Source: Takakia lepidozioides
Taxonomy: Eukaryota; Plantae; Bryophyta
DNA: 64,000 nucleotides
Direction of reading: 5' to 3'
NCBI GenBank assembly: GCA_030704615.1
Contig: CM060733.1
Coordinates: 36,642,001-36,706,000, forward strand
Notes under the pieces: model-generated
Databases searched by the model: none
What the model was told of the DNA's origin: nothing
The model's input: only the letters and a program-made list of their open reading frames with translations
Translations under genes and position numbers: made by a program
In this document: in pieces, positions 48,931 through 63,477 of the stretch
Numbering within the stretch: the stretch's first letter is position 1
Layout of the letters: every line of letters begins with the position of its first letter

Positions 48931-51900
48931 ATGGATTCCGCGCAAAGGCAAGCAGTGGATTTGTTTATGAACGTCACAGGAAGTAATGACGTCGTGGCCA
49001 TCCAAAGTCTACAGGTATGTGTGGCCTATTTCTTGCTGGCTCCATCGCTCATATGTGCAAAAAAGATGCCGTATGAGTAGGACTTGCAATTGGAACAATT
49101 CCGTTTAATGAACTGTGTCTCCTTCAATGGAGTGACAACGCAACTGGGAGAAGATCTCGATGGTTAGGTGATGGGGCTTGTATTGGACATGACACTGTTA
49201 AACCACAATGTATACTGGTCGGGTTGGCACTCCAGGTTAGCTGGCTTGTTGGTTTACCAGACCAACTGCAGTTGTATTGGTGCTTTCTCATAGAATTGCT
49301 TCATTCCAATGAACCAGGTTGAACATGTAATTCCACAATTTGGCATGGAGAGTGGTTTGCATCTGTGAGTGATCTGTAGAATTGTTTCGCTGAAAGGTAT
49401 TGTTGTGCTCTTTTCCTAGCACGTGTGGTTGACACTGCCAGAGCTGGGGGGTTTCGAATGGGGTAGGCGCACGGTGGAGATCTGAACACAGCCATCGATG
49501 CATTCTTCAACAACGAGGGGGAAAATTACATGTATGATACAGGTTGAAGTGGTAGTTCTACTAGCTAGATTGGTTTGGCACCACTTAGCCCCGTACTTCT
49601 GCCATCTGCTTGGACACACCAAGGTTTAAGAGATTACCAGTACTTGGAGACAAGGATTACACGAGAAAATTTTAATTTGTGTCTGGCAGTTTTGTCAAGT
49701 GGTTAGGTTTTTGTCAGTCATGTTGTCCAGTATCTTGCAGGTTAAAACCATCTTTAAGCGCTTGCTGAAGGTGTTTTCTTGTCGTTCCAAATTTTATATC
49801 TTGAGATATCCGTTGTCACTGCCTCATGAGCAGGATGCAGCGGCTATAACAATGTCATGTGTGACCTTGGCTTTGTGACATAGAATGGCTCAAGTACAGC
49901 TGAGAAAGTTCACAATGTGGTGTTGGGTCAATATAGGTCCCATGGACATACAGACGATTTGGACAGAAGCCAGTGGATGGAAGAGGATGAGCCAGCTGCT
50001 CCGCCGACGATGCAACAGCAGCTACCTTTCACTCTGCCACCTGAGCATGTGGCCCCCTGGCAAGCCTCAGCTCCTGCCTTTGCTGCACCACTCCCCCACC
50101 CATATGGAGAAAGAGGCGTCCCTCAGTTTTCAAATATGAATGCAGTGCCTCAAGTGTCCTTTCCGCCTGAAGTCCGTACTGTGCCCATGGCTGATGACGA
50201 GGATTATCATTCAGGCTCTCGTCAACCACAGCATACCCTGGGTCCCATAATTGAGGAATTGACAGCCACTGGTGAGGTGCAACCAGGCGCGTCTGGCCAT
50301 GCAAGTGCCCATGTGGAGGAGTCTACCAGCACTGCTTCAACCTTCAGGCCCTGGCCAGAGCCAACCCGCCCACAGATGCATGGTAGATATGGATATGTTG
50401 TGGAAGATGAAGATGTTACAATCAATCCAGATGTGCCCCATATTGCTGAGGTTTCAGGAATGACAACTGATGAAGGCACAGACATCGAGGACGAAATGCT
50501 GCGTGCTGCAATTGAAGCCTCAAAAAGGGAAGCTGCAGATGCTAATCGGAGAGTCGAGTCAGATTTTGGCCAGGTCGGTGCAAACCATGCTTGTGGCAGG
50601 CAAATAATACAAGGACTATGGATCAAAAGTAGAGTGCTAAAACCCCGTAGTCTGCACAAGAGGAGGCACTTTCAATGCACAAGAGATTGGGCACGGTTTG
50701 TCTAAAAACCAAGGGGTGTCAACTTTCTGTGATGCAGGAAGGTCTGCAGGCTGGGGCGAGCCTAACTGCAATGGGGACTGCAGAGGACGATGATCTTGCA
50801 CGGGCAGTCTCACTCTCTTTGAAAGTAGTCACTCTTCTCATTCTGGCTATCAGTCTTTTCTGTACCTAGGCCCAAGCAAACTGCTGGCAGCAAGCTGTTC
50901 TTTGCTGCACGTGTTATCCATATCCACATACATCCTTGTGCTTTATTTTAGTTAGTGGGTCCATTATGGAACTTTTTTAAAGGGTAGGTAATCTGTTGGT
51001 CTGAGTCTTGGGTCGACTGCAGACTGCAGAGCAAGAAAAGGCATTGCGAGAGCTGGGTGGAGCGTCGTCAGGGCCAATCTTCATACAAGATGATGATGAC
51101 AATCCATTCGCCGAAGACCTGAGGAGACTGGCAAGGCTCAGAAGGTCGTCTGCTCTCCTTTCATTTGAGCTTGTCTCTTACTGTGTCGCACTGTCTCATG
51201 CTTCCAATGAGGCTGTCAGAATGAGATTCACAAGCCATCCTGACCTTGGGTTTGAGGTTATATGGCTTCGGTTGTAGATGTGCTTTACATGGGGTGTTCA
51301 GCATCCAGTAGTGACAAGCTGGTACCTCAAGGATACGTTCAGGGTGAAGGAGCTACGCTTCCAGCAGACGTCTTTGAGCAGTTTTGCTCAAATTTTACTT
51401 TCTCAAGACGAGCTTAAGTGAAATTTCACTCATAAGTGTTATGCTCGAAGATGTTTACTGTTAAGCTGTACCTGCTGAGTGCATGCCAACTTCATCGCGG
51501 ACTTACTACCCATTACTACCCGAAATGTGGCAGAAACTTTATATGAAGATTTGTATAATGGTATGCCGGTATATATGAATGTAGAAGTATCTGTGATCTA
51601 CACCCACTGTCCGGAGCTGAGGAAGTCGGTGGGGAGTGGTGGCAGCTTGTCACTGCCACACATGATGAAGTTGATGGTCAGTGGGTGACAACACAATGTT
51701 GAGACTGCTACTTTAGGTTTTAACTTGGACCGGTGCAACATCTGGTTGGTTACCTTTTAATGTCTGTATGGAGTTGTTACTCCATGCTTATATAGATGGT
51801 TTCTGGGCATTGATGGATTGGCATGTTTAGCAGGGAAAGTAAGTCATCATTGTAGGGCTGGCCGGCACTGATGATTGTAGATTTATTTTATGAGCCCATG

Positions 51901-54900
51901 AGCAATTACCATATGTCCTGACTAATATCTGATCTTCCATAGGTATCACAAGGTTCCTTCTAACTGATAGTGGATGAGTTCATGTCTATGTTGGAACCTC
52001 GAGAAAAGACTTTCCAATCCACACTTGGGTGATTCATCTCCTTGGTTACAGAATGCAGTCTGAACAGTGAGCTATTGACATGCAACAGGGCTGCTGAAGA
52101 CCGTGCAGCAACACCGGACAGCAGTAGCAGGGACAAGGGGGTGATGAGAAGCTTGGGTCCAGGGCCCTTGGGGAGGGTTGGACTGGAATCAGAAGCCAGG
52201 AGGATTGGAAGCAGCCCGAGCGCTGTTGCAGACAGCAGCCCACTTGAGGAGCCCGAAGAGCCCGAAGAAATTGAACAGCCATTGTTTCGCCGTAGAATCC
52301 GACGCCCCATCATGAGCCCCGCTCCCTCAGGTTTAGCAGCTCTCCCTGCACTCTCTGTCATCGAGGCCATACCTGCCAGAGCCCAGCTATCAGGGGATCA
52401 CAAAGAGGATGCTGTCTTGGTTGCCCATGATGATCATGCGGATGTGCCCTCTGTGGACCATTTGGGTGGTGCTGCTACAGGTTCATCACAACAAAATGGA
52501 AATTCCTTTCCTGATGAGGTACAATCTTCTTTGACTGCATTTTCTGCAGGTGTGTTGTTGAGAACCAGGGGGGTCTTACCAGGAGATCTGGGAGGTCTGA
52601 GGTCGGAAGAGGTTCAAGGGAGGCTCCTTGTGCGGCTCCTAATTAATTGTTGGTGGAGGCTGTGTCGAGATTCAATGCATTTCCAACAAAGAACAGCCCC
52701 ACATAAGTGTCACCATTTCACTAAGGCCTTCTGTATTCCTACCATCCATACCCATTGACAACACAAACCCACACTACACATTAAGTCGTAATGTTCCAGG
52801 GAGAATGGAAGAATTGAGTCAATTACCAGTAACTTTCATTGCTTCAAACATACAGTGACCCTCACAAGACATTCAAAATACTACTCCCGATTAATTTGGT
52901 CTTAAGATCTGTAGAGGTTGGTGTAGGATAGAAGGAAATGACCTGTAGGTTTTTCTGACAGTTGTGGGATGCCATTTGGGCTGGATGGAACTGGTGTAGC
53001 AGTGGGGAGGGATATCTTCAGAGGAGCATGATGAAGCAGTGATGCTGGAGGCAGCCCTCTTTGGTGGATTGCCAGAGACTGGACCTGTAGAAATAGGGCT
53101 CCCATTCCACCCACTCCACACTGATGTGGATGGCATGGCAGCTGCTGGTGTTGTCGAGGGGTTCAATATTCGCAGGCCATTCCAGCAGCCCCCATCCCCA
53201 TCAGTTGTGGCACAACGCATACTACGAGGACAGCAGGTACTTAAGCTTGGGCCACAAAAGGCTTGTCTTCTACCAGAGCTGGATTCTGGTCTCCTACCAT
53301 GTTTAGGCTTGGAGGATTGTTTCTTTGCCTTTGTCAATTCAGGAATTAGTAGAAGTGTAAATATGGGTAGGTCTAATATTTGAAACGATGGTTTGGTGGA
53401 GATCAGCCTGTCAGGCTGACACCACCAACTGCTGCATGTTGGGCATGTGGACACTGCTGATCTGGGTCTGCAATTACAGGACGATGAATATTTGGCTTCA
53501 CTGGCAGCAGACAGAGAAAAAGAGATTAAAGCATTGCAGGAGGCAGAAGTGCGACGTAGGAAGGAGGAGGAGGAGGTGGCAGCTGCTTATGCAGAAGAGA
53601 GCTTCCGCCGGGAGGAGGAGATGAAGCGCCAGAAGGCTGCAGAGGTGTATCTCTTCAACTCGGCAATCTGTTTTACTGTCTTTCAAGTCTTACTGATACA
53701 TGTCTGAATCTGCAGGCCTTTTGGTTGCAGTTTTGCCATTCAAATTTATAGTGTCCATTGCTACACTTCAAGTTGTAGATAATGCATGGACATTGTGTTG
53801 TAAGTTAAGGGCGCATCAGATGCGCTTGCTCATGTTCTGTTGGTTGGTTATCTCTTACTGCTGACACTGTTCCATTGTTAAACGGGTGGACACGAGAGAT
53901 GTAGAAAGATGTGGAGAGGGTATTCAGGTTCGAGCAGTAGCCATATGTGTCCATGAGTTAATATCATCCTGTACTGACTTCGTTTTGTTGTGAATGGACG
54001 TAATGGAAGGAGTTGGAGAGACAACTGGCAGCCAAGAAAACATCACTTCCACCTGAACCTTCTGCTGAGGATGACAGTGCAGTGACACTTCTGGTTCGTA
54101 TGCCTGCTGGCAGTAGGCGTGGCCGACGGTTCCACAAGTCAGACAAGCTGCAGGTTTGTCAACTTGTGTGTTGCCTGTACTTGGTTGCTCACCATTTCTT
54201 CACTAGCGTCCATATCAGTTTTCTTTGTTTGGGTGTGGCTAACAGCCATTGTTATGATGCATGGCTGCAGCCCTCCAGGCCTCTTTGTACAATCTATTCT
54301 GGTAGCACTAGAGCTTGGCTTGGTAATCAACTTATATTGTCAAGTATTGGGGCCTTCTCAGCTAGGTTGTTCTTGTAGCCATTTTGACAAAAGCCCCAGC
54401 CACGGTATGATGAACATCTGTAGCCTACTGAGATCCGGGTGGCAGTTTGATTATGCTATATTATGTTCTTGTCAAATGCCCAGGCTTAGCTGTGAACCAG
54501 TGGGAATGCTGTTGATGGTTGCCCCTTGTTATAACCAATTGTATGAAGCTAGTCTACTATTCAAAGCCTGATAGTTGCACCTTCATGCGATGGATTCTGT
54601 CATTATTCCTGTCAGGCTCTGTTGTATAGCTAAGACACGTAGTGATTGTTTGGATTCGAGCTTGGGGTGTGCAACTGCTGCATGTTGTGGATCAGTTACA
54701 TTACTCTTCAGTGCAAACTGTGGAGCATTGTGAAAGCTGACACATTCTTTGTGTTATTCAGCAGGACATTTGCCTGCCAAGATCGTGGTTTGTTTTAACA
54801 GTTGTCTGTTTGCAACTTCAGAAATGTATTTTTGTTTTCCCCTGCCCTGCCTAAGTTTGTGTTGAAAGTGGCTGGAAATGAGAGGTTTATATCTGTCTGG

Positions 54901-55038
54901 CAAACCTCTTTGTTCATGTTGGAGGTTTACTTGTCCAGGAGCTGGGCTTCTAAGTAGGTAGGGCTTGTCTCTCCCATGCAGGCTCTATTGGACTTCATTG
55001 ATGTTGGTGAGGGTGTCAAGCCAGGGACCTACAGACTG
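48931..55038 (+). CDS. Plant UBX-domain protein (PUX8/9/13-like: UBA, 2 UIM, coiled coil, UBX). Exons: 48931-49014, 49467-49531, 49937-50573, 50738-50824, 51023-51144, 52089-52518, 53000/53003-53236, 53480-53644, 54010-54153, 54982-55038; terminal exon not found
   Basis: [92 protein letters not shown]; all introns GT-AG and phase-consistent. Confidence 0.88.
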
Positions 55039-56599
55039 GTAAGCCCGGGTGGACCCCTGATTAAACTACATCAGTGGATAGTGAAGGCTGGGGATAACCT
55101 TGACAGCACCCTTCAGATGCCAGCATCAAGGTGTCTTATCTTGAATCGGCACTGCTCAACTTGCTATCTGTAGAGGACCTGTGCACCATGGTCTTTTTTG
55201 CACAGGGTTTCAGGCGTGTGTCGGTGGCTTTATAAAAGTTGTGGTTGGAATGGTAGTGTTGAGAGTGGTGAGAGCATAGTACCTCATGTAAAATTGTTGT
55301 TCCATCGCTCGAGTGTCATGATTAGATAGTGCTTTTTTCTGAGTTTCAGCTGGGGCACAAAGCCAACTGGATGGGGGTGGGTGGAGCAGGTGAGAGGATA
55401 TCCACGGCGCGTATTTTCTGAAAAAGAACATGGGTCTTCCTTGGAGTCTCTTGGGATTACAAATAAGCAAGAGGTTCTTTTTATGGAGCTAATTTGACAA
55501 TACTAGTGGAGCACTCGGACTAATATCCAATACAGTCACTCACTGATACTTGGGATCTTGGCATTGTCAAGTTCGGCAGCATTTCTAGTGATCACGGAAG
55601 TTCTTTCAATGCTCATGTCCCATATAAGTGCATGTATGACCACACTATTCATTGAAGTACAGTTTAATTTTTGTAGGTGATCCACAATGCCTGCTTCCCA
55701 TTAGATATGAGAGGATGGCTTCAGGGTGATCAATCCTACTGGTGAAATAAGTCAAGTGGCCATCGTGTTGATTAGTGGGAGGAAAATCATTATGCACAAC
55801 AAGTGAGAGTGATGCACACAATGGCGGGGTTGGTGAGGCTCTTCCAGAAATTGATCTACATGTTAAATATTGAAAGTTGAGATCTTATGATCGTACACTA
55901 CCTAGACATTGTAAAGTTGTATCTGCAGCACCTCGGAGTAGAGGTGCCTGACAACATTCAGGAAATGTCCTATTACAGACTGTGTTTATGTGTTGCTGAA
56001 ATTTCAAGATCCAATCTAGTACAAAATCTAAAGGCTTAAGCTCAGTAGATATGGGGGAGGATCCAGGATTTAGTATACTTTGAAGACACCGTTTCAGCAA
56101 GTTTCGTTCAACTGCACAAGCACAACGGGTTGACCACATGGCTGCACAAAGAGCATTCTGGTTTTCACATCACTTGATGTTCAATTTCAATTCCTTCTAC
56201 GAAAAAACAAGGAAACACAGAGATCATACAAGAAAACTTCACAAACACGCATTTGGCCAAGCCAAGAAAAGGAGACAAGGGTACAGTAGACGGATGCCCA
56301 AGGCCTTCTTGGCCCAACCCCGGACACTCTATCCTTTTTCGAACCTAATCCCACAATTAGAGAATAGATAAAAACATTCCGTTGCACTGATCCGGAGGCC
56401 ATTTGTGGTGACTGAGAAGACAGATGCCCCGGAAATTTACTAAAGAGGGGATGAAAACAATGAGGAACAAATAACGTGGGGGGGGGGGGGGGCACACCGT
56501 AAAGCGCAACACACAGAACTCCCAGTAACCGTAAGAAGGGGAATAGGAATAACAGAGAGAATAGAAGATCACTTAGCCAACACGCCGAAGGGGTTAAAG

Positions 56600-57260
56600 T
56601 GTGGAAAGCCGGGGATCCACCAGAAGACCTCTGGGTCCTTTGCTTCACTTGGCGATTTCCCATTGCCAGGGGGCCCATCAATGCCATAAGACTCTGATTT
56701 TAGAAAGGCGGGTGCAAATATGCAGTGAATCTATCGAGCAATGTCTTGTCCATTGCTCCATTGCGGCCAGAGTATGGCCGCTCATTGCTTCTTTCTATGC
56801 TAATTGGAACTCTCTCCCTTCCCTCGCGACCCCACTCCTACTTCTCAAGATGCAAAATAGCTGGATCTCTTGTCCAATTTTGCCCTACCTTGGCGCTCAT
56901 ACTCTGTGGTCCGTATGGAAAGGTAGATGTGTTTTTATGTCTAAAAGGAAAATTTTGCACAAGGTATTCTCTGACCTTGCGTGGGTTTCCTTGCAAACAG
57001 CTTATTCTAGGTGCATCGCAAAGAGGCATCGATAGCTTCTCACTACCTTCAGTCCCACCTGGGCTAAGGACAATGTTGTGGCTATAGAGCAAACAGGAGG
57101 GATTGTGGTTCTTGAAGAAGACTGCACTTGAAGAAGACTGCAACCGATAATATCATGTTGACAAGTTTCCATAGGAAGTCACTTATCTTGGCCGGATGTT
57201 GTTTCAACCATATCTCTCTACACCTCTTTCCATACCCAGGGCCTGGCCCCCATTTGCAAT
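56600..57260. mobile_element. LINE/L1 zf-RVT-region remnants in opposite orientations
   Basis: Plus strand: ESIEQCLVHCSIAARVW...LWSVWKGRC. Minus strand: IWLKQHPAKISDFLWKL. Confidence 0.55.
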
Positions 57261-60201
57261 CCATTTTGCAATAAAATTGGCATGACGAAGTTGTAGCCGA
57301 AGTTGGACTATGCACTTGCCGGTAGACAGATAGAGGGAAATATCTCCCATCGGCCACTGATCCTTTGCTAGATAATGAAGCATTTACAGATGGGCGGCTC
57401 AATATCGGCCATTGATCCTTTGTTAGATAGTGAAGCATTTACAGACGGGCGGTTCTTGAGCGTAACCCACCTCCTCGCTGGATTCCATGCCCCTTGTGAC
57501 GTCGCCTTTGCTTGTGCACGTCGTAAGGGTTCGTTAGTGTGGGTTGCATCCCTTACCGTTGGGGAAGTGTCTTTTGCCTCACTGTCCTCGAACACCTCAC
57601 CACTAACTGTCTCATCCTCATTTTCATCCCATACACGACAACTCGTGTTTTGGTATTGTTACATGTATTCAGTCCAGGAAGCCCAATGTTTGTCTATGGT
57701 GTATCTTTGTGCCATACTTCTTTCAGGTCTTGCCTTGTTGTGAACGTACCCTAAGGTCTTTCGGATATCGCTTCAATAATGGGGGCTGAATAACCTTTGA
57801 GTGACTAAGGCATTCAAGAAAGACGGAGGGGCTCACTCGATCATGGAGCCTCGCAACCAGGCTGCGATGGGGGTTCCGAGTGGGGTGGTCGTAGCATATG
57901 GACTCATAGTAGGAGTGGCATATGATTCACCGCATGGCTAAGGCCTTGTGGTGGAAAGCTTGGGACTCACCGCCGACCAATGGGGCCACGGTGGGTGGAC
58001 AAGATTCACCGTGACTCATCACAGAAAGTCGAGGGTGACGGTGGTGCACCAAAATCTGGACGAGCTACTTGTGAGACCCCATTGACACATAGATAAATAT
58101 ATATAGGGAGTAATAACCCCATAACAGTGCAAACCCATTAAGCGACCAAAAGCAAGTGAGCGAGTCAAAAAACGACTTAAGAGTGGGGAGCTATTCTCAA
58201 CCATAGAGATTGGGGTCAGGTCACAAGAGAGAGGGGTATGTTATGTCTGGGGAGTAACCAAAGCTCTAAGCTGGCTCGATGGCCAGTTTGGAAGTTAGAA
58301 ACGCGCATCAAAGCCAATAACTAAAATTTAAAGATTCTTGCATAGGAACCTTTTTGAGATTGGGTCTGCCTTCGCAAACTTGTACTCTTAGAAAACCCTC
58401 TCTTTATGGGGCTCATCCATCAATAACCCCTGCTTGGCTCGACGTTGGTTGTCTGGTCACCGAGTCCTAGTTTGTAGTATGCAGACCTTCCGAGCCTCTC
58501 TCTTCATTGACTATGATGATAACGTCACTTGGAGTCTGACGTTTGTCTTGGAAATTTTACCAATGTACTGAAGTTATGACATTTGGAATAAATGCCTAGA
58601 GGCTTGTCACATCACTCCGCTGAGGATAAATTGTAAGCTGAATGTGGTATGTCACAGCCTGTAACAGTTATCTCTCTCCCTCTGCTGATAATTATGAGGC
58701 CAGGAGAATTTACAAGGATTAAAAGGAAAGGAAAAGCAAATATCAGCAGATAGAGAGGATATCTCAGTACTTTGATTCCATTGCATGGAGAGACCTGGGT
58801 CTTCCCCTTGAGAACTGTCCCTATCAGCTCCAAAAAAAAATTCATAATCCATATATGCCATTCCACAGTTCTATCTCAGCTCCCTCACTTTTGGATGTGT
58901 ATGGGTGCCCGTCACTCCAGGGTGTCCTAATTGTCTGTCTCTCCTTGGAGAAGACTTCGGAGAGGGATCTCTGTGCTGTATTACCAATCATATGCTTCTC
59001 TCTTATCTTCTCCAACATAAATGGCTTCCAGCTAGTTAGACACTAGCATAATTAACAGACTGGAAATGATATCGTATTCGCCTATGTGAGTGTACATAAT
59101 GTTGTCAGTCTGAGCAGTCTCCAAGGTACTTACCCCTAAGGTAGTTGATTGTAAGTGGCAAGGTGAGAGCTAGCTGAAGAATGTAAGACAGGAAATAGCT
59201 TGACAGCCAATGGAAAGGGCCCACAACTTGTCAATGCCTCCAGCATCGCCAGCTCACCTTTTCCCCCGATATGTCTTGCTTAACCGGGATTTCTGCACAT
59301 TGGCTACCCCCTTCTTCTATGCATTTGGGCGCATTGGCAGTGGATTGTAATCTTTCTCCAAGAGGATAAAAGATAAAGATTCTTTAACGTCCAGTGAATT
59401 TACAGAGCCTACTGCTCAACACACAGCCCATCGAGGGCCCAATGGACGGTCTGAAGGCACATGTTGAAGGATTGAACCCAGGATCACCTAGGCTATGCAC
59501 AGGCAAGGCACAAACACCCATCCACTGTGCTACCTGCTCAAGTGCAGCTGATAGTGAGCTTCAGATTTTTCAACCGCACATAGAGAAGGGTTGGAAAAGC
59601 TGGACAGAGGGGGCAGACAACTGTCTTCAGCAATCTCCACACTTTTCACCCAGTTCATCTGTTTGGGGGAATATGGTAAAACTTGGTCACTGAGACAGGT
59701 GTTTGTTGTAGACTGCAAATATGTGCAGAGCACCTCCTCTCCCTTGAACACAATTGGACACTGACACGGTGCGATCCCACTTAAGAACAGCAGCCTATGG
59801 GGAGCCAACTTTCTCCACTCTTTAGACTGAAAGGAGTCCCGTGTGCGTTTGCAGTCAGCGACACTTTGCCATTCCGAAGGTATGATCTGATGGTTGTGTG
59901 TGTCTTTGTGACTGTATAGGCTAATTGCTTCAAAATATTACACGTGGCAGAAATTATTTATGCACGACCTTGATCCTTGATAGGACCATGCTGTTGATCG
60001 GGAGTTCTTTGGGGTGTTAAGTGTAACCCTACAATGGAAGGCGTGGTTCAGGATTGACTCCACCACAACAAGACTTGGCTGATTAGAGGGTTTGAGGTGT
60101 CAGTCAAGAGCACATCGAGATCTACGCTCCCTAGAGTACGTATCAATAAACCCAGGAGTGGTTTTTGCCGAAACAAAACTCTGTGCTGTGTACGGGCAGC
60201 C

Positions 60202-63200
60202 ATGGAAGCTGCGCCTCAAGTGGTCCTGCACACCTCCATGGGTGACATCACGATCGAGGTATTCCGAATGCTCGCGTTCTGTGAGACGTGCTCTGAATTC
60301 AATGGCTGTTTTTCCTCTTTGTGTTTGTGTGTGTATTTCTCTTTTTCATTGGTCCATCTGGAGCACAGTTGTTATTCCCTTCCATGGAGATGCAAAGCAT
60401 ACAAGTTATCTTCAATAGCCTTAATAATATGAACGTTTGAGAGACAAACAGTTCCTTAAAGCTGCAAGGTCCTACGATGGTAATATGCAAAACTATACGG
60501 GGAGAGCATCACCTCTACAACGACACAGAAGAATCTGGAATGAAGGCATGTGTGAAACAAGCACGCACCTTTTCCCACTATCCATGTAGAACACGAGGTA
60601 TTTCACCATAGCCAGGGTTTAGGGTTTAGGGTTTAAGGTTTACAGTACACCACAGTACTCTACAGTGAGCGCATTTCTATCATCTGTCCTCGTTCCAATT
60701 TAAGGATTGATGCTCCATGTCCGCAAGTAACAAAGATAGGGGAAGAGAGCCGCCCAGTCTGTTTTAAATAAAAAATTCAGCCCTCGGTGCTCTCATAACA
60801 GCAGACAAATGCGGAGTCTCTTTGACGCAGCTCCTCTACCTATTGCAAGTGGATGACACCTACTTGGATTTTTGAACCGGCTGTTGCTTTTCCATCAGAG
60901 AGCCATGTCCTTTAAGACGCTGAAATCCCTCTCCTTTTTCTCTGCTACAAACCCTCACGAAATTGCCTTGTTGATGTATACTATTGGTATGACGAAAACT
61001 GTCTTAGTAGTACATTCTCTCTCTTTTTGTTGTTGTTTAAGTCTGGAGTTTGAATAATATTTGAATGTAAAACTATGTGGTTGCTGAGTCTTTCCGTCTG
61101 GACACAGGAACTCAGTGTGTCTGCACCCTCTATTGGGATGTCTCCCTGTTATACTTGATATAGTTGATTTCTCTTGTACTCAGATTCTTTTGGTTTCCTT
61201 CCTCTGTTTGTTGTTTCTTTTGACTATCGTCAGCTCACCTGACTGGGGGCAGTACCCTAGCTCGCCAGGGGAAGTGGCTCTTTGTGCTGGCTTCAGCGAG
61301 AGTCTTCTCTCTCTTCTTGTTGATGTTTTGTGATGGTGCATTTGCTTTTGTCCTCGAAATCTCTTCTTCACCTTGGATGCGGCTTATCCTGGGTTATCTG
61401 TAAAGTGTGAGTTCAAAGTTTACTAGGCTCTCACTATGATATGTGCTTGAAGAATAGTCCCTCACCAAATTAACCTTCCCCAGAGTCAGTAGCCACTATA
61501 AGATGCAGCATGGTGTGAAGCCCAGCCCAAAGTGGTGTCCCTGAGAGACAGACAGGAATTGTGCATGCTGGGATGGTTCTTTGCATGATCAAACAGATAG
61601 GTATATTGTCTTCCGGTTCTGGTTGTTGCAATGATAACTATCCAGCTATCATCGTAAAAAAAGATCTAATAAAACTGTGTTTGTGCACAGCTGTACGACA
61701 AGCATGCCCCCAAGGCATGCAGAAATTTTCTCGAGCTTTCCAGGCGTTCGTATTATGATAATGTCCTCTTTCATCGTGTTATAAAGGCAATTCTCTCTGA
61801 CTTTCTGAGCTTTCTAGCCTATACATGTGTAAAGTGCTTTGCTGGGACTGCTTGTTAGATCAAACACAGCCTGTTCTCAACTTTTCTGAAAGTAGTCATA
61901 CCTTCTCTGGGCAATTCTCCAGCTTGATGATTGCAGTCTTCCTCCACTACGTTAAGTATTTTGAACAGTTTATGATGGCATTAGGAAATGTTTTGGCCAT
62001 ATTTGCATACAGTGCAGGCATGGCTGGGTGCCTAGTGTCTGGCAATTTTTGATCCTCCCTCACAGTTGCTTGAGCACCTGCGTATCATTCCGTACAACTT
62101 TTCTACCAAAGGAATGTGACATATGCCCATATACTTCAATTGCACTTCTAGCACTAAGACTTCATGTCTCTTAAACGTACTTCTCAAAAGAGTCCATTTG
62201 ATTCTGGTGGATGAAGTGGTGAGGATTCCAACTTTAGTTCTTCCCCCATCTATTACGCCTTGCAGATGGGACTGTCAAGCTCATGCTTAAGGTAACTATT
62301 TACTTGTACTTGTAATGTGTTCTACAGTGTTCCTGGAAGCTGGGGCGGTCCTATCTCCATATAGCTACTCTGGGGCCTCGTAGCTTTGCAGGGCCATTAA
62401 AGCTGACCACAAGTTGGGTTGCACACAGGACTTCATGGTCCAAGGTGGGGATCCCACAGGAACTGGTCGAGGGGGTGAATCCATCTATGGGTGCGTAAAA
62501 CATCACACACTCAAGAGAAAGGCTTAGTTGAATATGTTAGTATGTGTGTTTTGGATAGTACAGATAATACATTTGATTTGATTTGGAGGTGGGCTCCAGT
62601 GCAGATCTAAGTTTGAGGACGAACTTACACGGGAGCTGAAGCACACTGGGGCAGGTGTTTTGTCCATGGCCAATTCAGGACCTAATTCCAATGGCAGCCA
62701 GTTTTTTATTACGCTTGCCCCCACCCCCTGGCTTGATGGTAAGACATTAAATTACATAAGTGATGAAATTACATGTGTGTCTGCATGTACAGGATCCATG
62801 CAGACAGATTCCTTGTGGGGATTGGCCACAAAGCCAATCAAAAGACCTAAAGCCCACCTCGGATTATTTAGTCACTCATCTTAATTGAGTACATAGTAGT
62901 ATAAGGAGGGGTGCATGTTCATCACCATGTTGCTAGCTTGGTTTGGGTGTCAAAACTAATGACTGTAGTGTGATCATGCTCTCTGTATGCCTTGCATTTG
63001 AGTAATGTATTCCGTATCAATTTTCAGATAGATACCGGAGCGTGTATTGCATCCTGCCGATTTTTGTAGTGATCATTGTGTCAGAAGGTGCTATTCCATC
63101 TGCAACAACTAAGAAAAGCGCATGTCTGACCATTGCAGGAAAGCACACAATCTTTGGCAGGGTTTGCACGGGAATGGACGTTTTGAAGCGCCTCGGCATT

Positions 63201-63477
63201 GTTGAAACGGACAAGAATGATCGGTGAGGCCTTGTCAGCAAATTATGTGCATGTATAGTGCTGGAATTAGAGCATGCAGCGAGTACGAACCCTCTCAATT
63301 TCCCTGTCATATCATGTTATCTTGAGAGCTTTTTCTCAACTTTGCCCCTACACGTGGTTAAACAACTGTTCTTGTTGTCTGAACTCTTCATTAGCATTTG
63401 CCAATGATATCTCTGTTTCTGGCTGTGGCAGACCTATCCATGATGTGAAGATCTTACGGACACTTGCAATAGATTGA
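60202..63477 (+). CDS. Single-domain cyclophilin, PPIL1/CYP18-2-like. Exons: 60202-60258, 61691-61786, 62429-62490, 62605-62738, 63139-63223, 63432-63477
   Basis: [23 protein letters not shown]...[27 protein letters not shown]...[34 protein letters not shown]; phases consistent; intron 2 is GC-AG. Confidence 0.95.
60614..60642 (+). repeat. Interstitial plant telomere-type repeat (TTTAGGG) x~4 in cyclophilin intron 1
   Basis: AGGGTTTAGGGTTTAGGGTTTAAGGTTTA. Confidence 0.8.
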
